A stretch of DNA of 64,000 bases. Source: Candidatus Xenobia bacterium. Its GTDB lineage: Bacteria > Vulcanimicrobiota > Xenobia > Xenobiales > QWHO01. Of this stretch, positions 58,208 through 64,000 are shown one piece after another. A model generated the notes under the pieces. That model was given only the letters and a program-made list of their open reading frames with translations. It searched no databases and was not told the DNA's origin. Both the position numbers and the translations under genes were made by a program. Numbering within the stretch: the first letter of the stretch is position 1; each line of letters starts with the position of its first letter. The DNA lies in the NCBI GenBank assembly GCA_045863235.1, contig BTUM01000001.1, positions 256,001 through 320,000 of the forward strand. Reading direction: 5' to 3'.

Positions 58208-60670
58208 ATGCCATCTCAGCCACTGGAGAACCCGATCGAGGAGAGCCGGCCCAAGCGCCGCTCGAACCTGCAAGGGGGGGACAAACCGAACCGGAAGGCG
58301 CGTCGGCGCCCTAAGGCTCCGGGCGTCTCGGTCAGCTCCCCCTCGGTGGCCGCGCCCGCGGCCGGACTCGGCCTGTTGTTGGTGGGAGTACCTTTCCTGA
58401 CCGTCTGCCTGGCCGCTCCGCACGTGACCGGAGCCGTTGGCCTGGCCGTCTCGGCCACCCTGCACGCGGCTTTCGGCCGCTCGGCATGGCTCCTGCCCTG
58501 GCTGGGACTGGGCTGGAGCCTGCGTCTGGTCTCCCCAGGACTTCTCCAGGGCATGCAGGTGGGCTGGCCGGCGCTGCTGCTCTGGCTCGACCTCACCCTG
58601 CTGGCCCAGCGCATGGGGGGACAGGGGGGGCAGCTCGGTTACGGGCTCGACCTGCTGCTGGTGGGCGCCCTGGGACCGGCCGGCTCCTGGATCGTTGGGG
58701 GCGCCGGGCTGGCCGCGGGCCTGCTCATGGTCTGCCAGATTCCTCTCTCAGACGTGGGCCGAGTGCTGGCCGCGGGGGCGCGCCACGTGGGGCGGGCAAG
58801 CTGGAGGATGCTGCGCACGATGGGAGGCATGCTGGCCAGCCTCCACCCCGGACCCTGGGCCGAAGAGCCTTCCACCGAGGGCCAACCGGCCGTGGAGGTC
58901 TCCGAAGAAGCCCGCCCGCTGACCGTCTGGGAGACCACGCCGGGCTCCCCTGCCATCAGCGAGGAGGCCTATGAGACCGCGGTGGAGCCCAGCTTGCTCC
59001 CGGAGGAAGTCTTCAGTGACGAGGTCGATCTCGTCCCCTCGGAAGAGGCCAGCTATCATCCCGAGCCGTCCTTGAGTCACGAGCCGGAGCGATTGCCAGA
59101 GCCGACTGAGGAGGCTCCCCAGCCTTCCCTGGCCCCTTCTCCTCCGACCGCAGAAGACAAGCCGGCCCCCAGGCCGCCGCGCCCGGCACCCATTCAGAAC
59201 GGCGTTCTGGAAGACCCTGACGGCCAGCTGCGGCTGTTTCCGGGTCCGCCCCGCGTGCCGACGGCCACCTACAAACTGCCTCCCCTGTCTTTGCTCGACT
59301 CGCCCCCGGCCCAGGCCCGACGTCGTCCCGAGGAGGACAAGTCCCAGATCCTCATCGATACCCTGCAAAGCTTTGGCGTAGAAGCCCGCGTCATCCACAC
59401 GGTGCGCGGTCCGACCGTCACCCGCTACGAGCTGCAACCTGCCCGGGGCGTCAAGGTGAACCGCTTCACGGCCCTGACCAACGATATCGCGCTGGCCCTG
59501 GCCGCCACGGCGGTGCGCATCGAGGCCCCCATCCCGGGCAAGGCTGCCATCGGCATCGAGATCCCCAACCGCTCCACCGACCTGGTGGTGCTGCGCGACA
59601 TCCTGTCAGCCCAGGCCTTCAGCAAGTCCAACGGACTCACGCTGGGGCTCGGGCTCGATCTGACCGGACAGCCGGCCGTCACCGACCTGCAAAAGATGCC
59701 CCACCTGCTCGTCGCCGGCACCACCGGGTCGGGCAAGTCGGTCTGTATCAACACGCTCATTCTGAGCCTGCTCTATCGCTTCACCCCGCGCCAGTTGCAG
59801 ATGCTGATGATCGATCCCAAACAGGTCGAGTTGTCCATCTACGAGGGGCTGCCCCACCTGGTTGGCTTCTCCAACCAGAAACCGGGTCAGATCGTCGTCG
59901 ATCCCAAGAAGGCTGCCCTCACCCTCAACCAGGTGGTGGAGCTGATGGAGCAGCGCTACGCCACCTTCGCCGCCCTGCGGGTGCGCAACCTGGCCGAGTT
60001 CAACTCCAAGGCACCCGAGCCGCTGCCCTGGGTGGTGGTGATCATCGACGAGCTGGCCGACCTGATGATGGTGGCCTCCAAATCGGTCGAGACCAGCATC
60101 TGCCGGCTGGCCCAGAAGGCGCGAGCGGCCGGCATTCACGTGGTGGTGGCCACCCAGCGGCCGTCCACCGACGTGATCACCGGCCTGATCAAGGTCAACA
60201 TCCCCTCCCGCATCGCCTTCGCGGTCACCTCTCAGGTCGACTCGCGGGTCATCCTGGATACGGGTGGGGCCGAGCAACTGCTTGGCAAGGGCGATATGCT
60301 GTTCCTGCCGGTAGAGGCTTCCGACCCGCGCCGCCTGCAGGGCGCCTACGTCTCCAACGAGGAGATTCAAAGGGTGGTCGAGTTCTGGAAGGCCCAGGCC
60401 CACCCGGAGAACCTGATCGAGCTGGCCATCAACGAGAACGCCGGCCTGGAGGCCGAGGAAGAGGGCGGGGGGGACGAGGACGATGCTCTGCTGCAACAGG
60501 CCCTGGAAGTCGTGTTGCGCACCCAGCAGGCCTCCGCCTCCATGCTCCAGACCGAGTTGAAGGTGGGTTACGCACGCGCTCGACGCATTCTCACCTTGAT
60601 GGAGCGCAAAGGCTGGGTTGGCCCGGCCGAAGGCAGCAAGCCACGCAAGATTCTCTACAACGGCGGCTGA
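58208..60670 (+). CDS. ftsK: DNA translocase FtsK
   Basis: N-terminal TMs; PHLLVAGTTGSGKS, IDELADLMM and ATQRPS motifs; C-terminal gamma domain. Confidence 0.95.
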   Translation: MPSQPLENPIEESRPKRRSNLQGGDKPNRKARRRPKAPGVSVSSPSVAAPAAGLGLLLVGVPFLTVCLAAPHVTGAVGLAVSATLHAAFGRSAWLLPWLGLGWSLRLVSPGLLQGMQVGWPALLLWLDLTLLAQRMGGQGGQLGYGLDLLLVGALGPAGSWIVGGAGLAAGLLMVCQIPLSDVGRVLAAGARHVGRASWRMLRTMGGMLASLHPGPWAEEPSTEGQPAVEVSEEARPLTVWETTPGSPAISEEAYETAVEPSLLPEEVFSDEVDLVPSEEASYHPEPSLSHEPERLPEPTEEAPQPSLAPSPPTAEDKPAPRPPRPAPIQNGVLEDPDGQLRLFPGPPRVPTATYKLPPLSLLDSPPAQARRRPEEDKSQILIDTLQSFGVEARVIHTVRGPTVTRYELQPARGVKVNRFTALTNDIALALAATAVRIEAPIPGKAAIGIEIPNRSTDLVVLRDILSAQAFSKSNGLTLGLGLDLTGQPAVTDLQKMPHLLVAGTTGSGKSVCINTLILSLLYRFTPRQLQMLMIDPKQVELSIYEGLPHLVGFSNQKPGQIVVDPKKAALTLNQVVELMEQRYATFAALRVRNLAEFNSKAPEPLPWVVVIIDELADLMMVASKSVETSICRLAQKARAAGIHVVVATQRPSTDVITGLIKVNIPSRIAFAVTSQVDSRVILDTGGAEQLLGKGDMLFLPVEASDPRRLQGAYVSNEEIQRVVEFWKAQAHPENLIELAINENAGLEAEEEGGGDEDDALLQQALEVVLRTQQASASMLQTELKVGYARARRILTLMERKGWVGPAEGSKPRKILYNGG

Positions 60671-60733
60671 CAGGAATCCCGCCCAGGTTGGGGAACTCGC
60701 CCTCCTCATGTTGTCCTGAGTGAGGTATTCGCA

Positions 60734-61945
60734 ATGAATCGTTCTTTTCGATCCGTTCTGGTGGCCGCAGCCCTGTGTCTGACACTGCACAGCCCTTCCT
60801 GGGCCCAACCTGCGGTGGCGAAGGTGGTCGAGATCGATGGTCCCAAAATGACCTACGAGCGCAAGTCGGCCACCGCCCTGGCCTTTCCCTTCATGAACAC
60901 GATGGTGAAGGATGAATACCAGACCGACGCCTCCACCGTGGCGGCTCTCGAGTTTGTCACCGGAGGCCGGGTGGGCATCAACAAAGGCACCCGCATCGAG
61001 ATCGTCAGCGAAAGCGAGATCAAAGAGGAAGGCAAGCCCGTTGTCAAGCGGATCAAGATCAAGGGCGGACGGGTCTGGGCCAAGATGTCCAAGCGCAAGG
61101 AACCGCTCGAGATCGAGACGGCAGGCGGGGTCATGGGCATCAAGGGCACCGAATTCGTGATCGCCACAGAAGAGAACGGGGCCACCAGCCTGAACGTGCT
61201 GGAGGGCGAGGTGGAGGTGACCCCGGTCGGTGGGGGAGCTCCCATCTCGGCGAAAGCGGGCACCAAGGTAGACATTCCCTACCAGCAGATTCCAGTGGTC
61301 AAGCAATATGACGACCCGGAGGCTCTGCGCGAGGAGATCCTCAATTCCGGCGAGTGGCAGGACTTTCAAAAGGCCATGGATATCGTGCGCACCATCTCGA
61401 GCTACAGCTACATCCCGGGCAACATCGGCCTGGGCACCGCCGGGGAGGCCTTCTACTATGCCGGCACAGTCAGCGATTTCATCTCCAACCCCGAGCAGGC
61501 AGCGCTCGATCTGGCCGCCAGTTACGTGCCGGGCGGTGGCTACCTGGGTTACATCCCCCGCAACTCGGGACCCAAGAAGCCCGACTTTCCAACCAACCCG
61601 ATGCCGGCCAACAGCATGTCTGTTTCCGGCCCGCCCAGCTTCAGCTGGACCCAGGTCGACAAGGCCAAAGGCTATCTTCTGCTGCTCAGCCGAGAAGAGC
61701 AGATGAGCAACCTGGACTGGGCCACCAAGACCACCAGCACCAGCGTGAGCTATCCTACCGAAGGCGCGCCTCTGCCGGCCGGAACCTACTACTGGCGAGT
61801 CATGGGACTCGACGACGAAGGCAAGCCCATGGGGAAGGCTACCCAGAGCGTTTTCGTGACCGAAGGTTGGGGAGCCCCCCCGGCTCCCGACCCTGCCACC
61901 CCGCCCGTGCCCGATCCGTCCACCACGCCCGCTCCCACGCCTTGA
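60734..61945 (+). CDS. Exported FecR-domain protein with C-terminal Ig/FN3-like domain
   Basis: Signal peptide; ETAGGVMGIKGTEF..VLEGEVEV FecR motif; YYWRV. Confidence 0.82.
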   Translation: MNRSFRSVLVAAALCLTLHSPSWAQPAVAKVVEIDGPKMTYERKSATALAFPFMNTMVKDEYQTDASTVAALEFVTGGRVGINKGTRIEIVSESEIKEEGKPVVKRIKIKGGRVWAKMSKRKEPLEIETAGGVMGIKGTEFVIATEENGATSLNVLEGEVEVTPVGGGAPISAKAGTKVDIPYQQIPVVKQYDDPEALREEILNSGEWQDFQKAMDIVRTISSYSYIPGNIGLGTAGEAFYYAGTVSDFISNPEQAALDLAASYVPGGGYLGYIPRNSGPKKPDFPTNPMPANSMSVSGPPSFSWTQVDKAKGYLLLLSREEQMSNLDWATKTTSTSVSYPTEGAPLPAGTYYWRVMGLDDEGKPMGKATQSVFVTEGWGAPPAPDPATPPVPDPSTTPAPTP

Positions 61946-61958
61946 ACCTCGCCGCGCG

Positions 61959-63830
61959 ATGCTGAGTCGGCCCACCCTGGTTCTGGGTTGTGTCCTGCTC
62001 GGCGTCGCGCTTTCGTTTTTGCCCTGGCTGGACCGGTTGGAGCTATCCCTTTACGACTTCAGAATCGAGTTCATGCAGGAAGAGATGCGGAAGGTGGGGC
62101 TGCGCCTTCATCCCGCAATCCAGCTGGTGGGGATCGATGATGCGACCGTCCAGCTCGATCTCTATCCGCACTGGAGCCTCACCAAAGGGGAGCGATGGGG
62201 ACCCGACCAGCTGGCCCGCGTGATGGCCCAACTCTCCGGCCGTGGTGCCAGGGGCATTCTCTATCTTCAAGCCGAGCCCGACCGCTCGGTCAAGGAGAGC
62301 AAGGAACGCTGGCGCTTGCCGAATGCTCTGCACATGGTGCAGGAGGGAACCGGGCTTTTATCCCGAGGATTGCGCCTGCGCCAGCAAGATGGCAGTTATC
62401 TGAGCGACTGGCGGGAGCGACTCGCGGGCGATCCGATCCCGGCCTGCTCGGTCGACTTCCTGGCCGATCAGGACGGGGTGGTGCGGCAGGCCTACCTGGC
62501 AACTCGTCTGCCGGCGACCGCTCGCCCCGTTCCATCGGGTGCCCTGCTCCTCCTGGCCAGGCTGCTCGACGTTCAGCCCGAGGACATCCAGTACGGCCCC
62601 GATTGGATCCAGGTCGGTCCTCGCCTGATTCCAACTACACCGGACTACGCTCTCCGGATCCGTCCCCTCAGCCCGCGCAGCCTCAGCCTTGAAGAGCTCA
62701 AGGAACACGAGCTCGAGGGAATTCGGGTCGAATATCTCGCTCCGGTGTCAGCCGCCCGCTTGCTCGACCTCGAAGATCCCCTCTACCAGCTCATCTCCGG
62801 GCGCATCGTCGTGATGGGGAACTTCCAGCATGATGCGACCGAGCAGGTCATGACCTCCTACCACCGGATGAAAGTGATCCAGTTTCAGGCCTGCGTGCTC
62901 GACACTCTGTTGTCGGAATGGTACCTCCAGTCTCCTCCGCATTGGGTTCAAAGTGTCTTCCTGGTTGCCGGCACCTTTCTGATCGTTGCCCTGGCAGCGC
63001 TTCGTCGACCCTTGTTCGCCTTGCTGACGGTCACAGCGGGAATCATCCTGCTGCTAGCAGTCAACCTGGTCGCCTTCGAACAAGGCACCTACCTCAACCT
63101 GGCCCGCCCTCTGGTGGCTCTGATCGCCTCCTCGCTTGCCCTGGTGGCCCTGCAGTTGGTAACACTCATGCGCAGCCTGCGAAAATTCGGGGGCAAGAGC
63201 GCCTTCGAAGCAGCCAGAAGCCTGGATGAGTCGGGGTTGAACGTGATCCGAGAGCAAGTGGCCACGATCGTCTTCTGCAACGTGCCCGAACTGGTCAGGA
63301 ATCTGGAGAAGGCCGACTCAACTGACTACTTTCGGCGGCGCCAGGAGTTCTCGATGCTGCTCAATGATGTAGCCGTCGAGAACCGAGGCATGGTTCTGGA
63401 CTTTCAGGGAGACGCACCGATGATCGGGTTCAACGCCGAACTGGAACGAGCCGATCCTCAGCACGCCTACCACGCCGTACGGGCCTGTCTGGAAATTGTC
63501 GCCATGCGAGACAAGCTTCGCCACCTGTGGTGGGATATCGACGACGACGAGACCCTTACAATCCGATGTGGAGTGGCCACCGGGCCGGTTGCCATCGGTC
63601 AAGTCGGGGCCCGCTCCAGCAAACTGGCCTCGGCAGCTATCGGCGACACCACCAACGTGGCTGCCCGACTGCTCGGGGCCGCCAGGCGCCTGAACGTGGA
63701 GGTTCTGGTAGCTGAGGAAACCCGCAACCTTTGCCAAAATCGATTCCACTTCGAGGACCTGCCTCCCGTCGTCCTGAAAGGCAAAACCAAACCGGTTCCC
63801 GTAGCCCGGGTCAGATTGTCAGAGCTGTGA
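61959..63830 (+). CDS. CHASE2-domain adenylate/guanylate cyclase-like protein (degenerate active site)
   Basis: CHASE2 motifs (LVGIDD, DQDGVVR), three TMs, class III cyclase motifs (QGDA, IGDTTNVAARL). Confidence 0.85.
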   Translation: MLSRPTLVLGCVLLGVALSFLPWLDRLELSLYDFRIEFMQEEMRKVGLRLHPAIQLVGIDDATVQLDLYPHWSLTKGERWGPDQLARVMAQLSGRGARGILYLQAEPDRSVKESKERWRLPNALHMVQEGTGLLSRGLRLRQQDGSYLSDWRERLAGDPIPACSVDFLADQDGVVRQAYLATRLPATARPVPSGALLLLARLLDVQPEDIQYGPDWIQVGPRLIPTTPDYALRIRPLSPRSLSLEELKEHELEGIRVEYLAPVSAARLLDLEDPLYQLISGRIVVMGNFQHDATEQVMTSYHRMKVIQFQACVLDTLLSEWYLQSPPHWVQSVFLVAGTFLIVALAALRRPLFALLTVTAGIILLLAVNLVAFEQGTYLNLARPLVALIASSLALVALQLVTLMRSLRKFGGKSAFEAARSLDESGLNVIREQVATIVFCNVPELVRNLEKADSTDYFRRRQEFSMLLNDVAVENRGMVLDFQGDAPMIGFNAELERADPQHAYHAVRACLEIVAMRDKLRHLWWDIDDDETLTIRCGVATGPVAIGQVGARSSKLASAAIGDTTNVAARLLGAARRLNVEVLVAEETRNLCQNRFHFEDLPPVVLKGKTKPVPVARVRLSEL

Positions 63831-64000
63831 GAAGCTCGCGCCTCTACCGCACCTTCCTGCCTTTCCTCCTGGCCCTGCTCGGCTGGCTGGCCCGGATCTC
63901 CATGGAGGGGGCTCTCTCCCCTCTGGAAGCCTACCCGTATGATACAGCCCTGAAATACCTGATCCAACAGGAACAGGGAGCGAAGATCATCCTGGCCGGG
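63827..64000 (+). CDS. Partial second CHASE2-like membrane protein (runs off window)
   Basis: GTG overlaps the upstream stop; TM then LEAYPYD...IILAG, parallel to the start of the preceding gene. Confidence 0.55.
   Translation, partial: MRSSRLYRTFLPFLLALLGWLARISMEGALSPLEAYPYDTALKYLIQQEQGAKIILAG

Overview
High-GC bacterial chromosomal window. The style of the lineage-specific hypothetical proteins suggests Candidatus Eremiobacterota/Vulcanimicrobiota, but this is a guess. Most of it is housekeeping: dcd, rodA, hutU, slyD, a mannose-1-phosphate guanylyltransferase fusion, trxB, grpE-dnaK-dnaJ-htrA, rarA, MATE-argF, asnB, rplM-rpsI-nnr, rpoZ, ftsK and FecR/CHASE2-cyclase genes. A decayed mobile-element island spans about 22.75-29.5 kb. 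It holds a tandem pair of Xer-like tyrosine recombinase pseudogenes, a ParE-type toxin-antitoxin pair, an orphan Rhs toxin with a putative immunity gene, an IS21 end and a 5'-only class C group II intron. The first recombinase is split exactly at a duplicated CTG by an IS110-family element. The most interesting feature is that IS110's ~520-nt non-coding end: it carries three related stem-loop modules, two of them a 44-nt direct repeat, plus short segments matching the element's own donor junction and target site, so it is a candidate multi-module bridge/seek-type guide RNA. Other highlights: three probable CTG start codons (one restores an FNR-like Cys cluster), tandem NrdR-like boxes in front of a non-RNR gene, an unassigned structured RNA with a terminator, and several apparently catalytically degenerate enzymes. 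No rRNA, tRNA or CRISPR array was seen.
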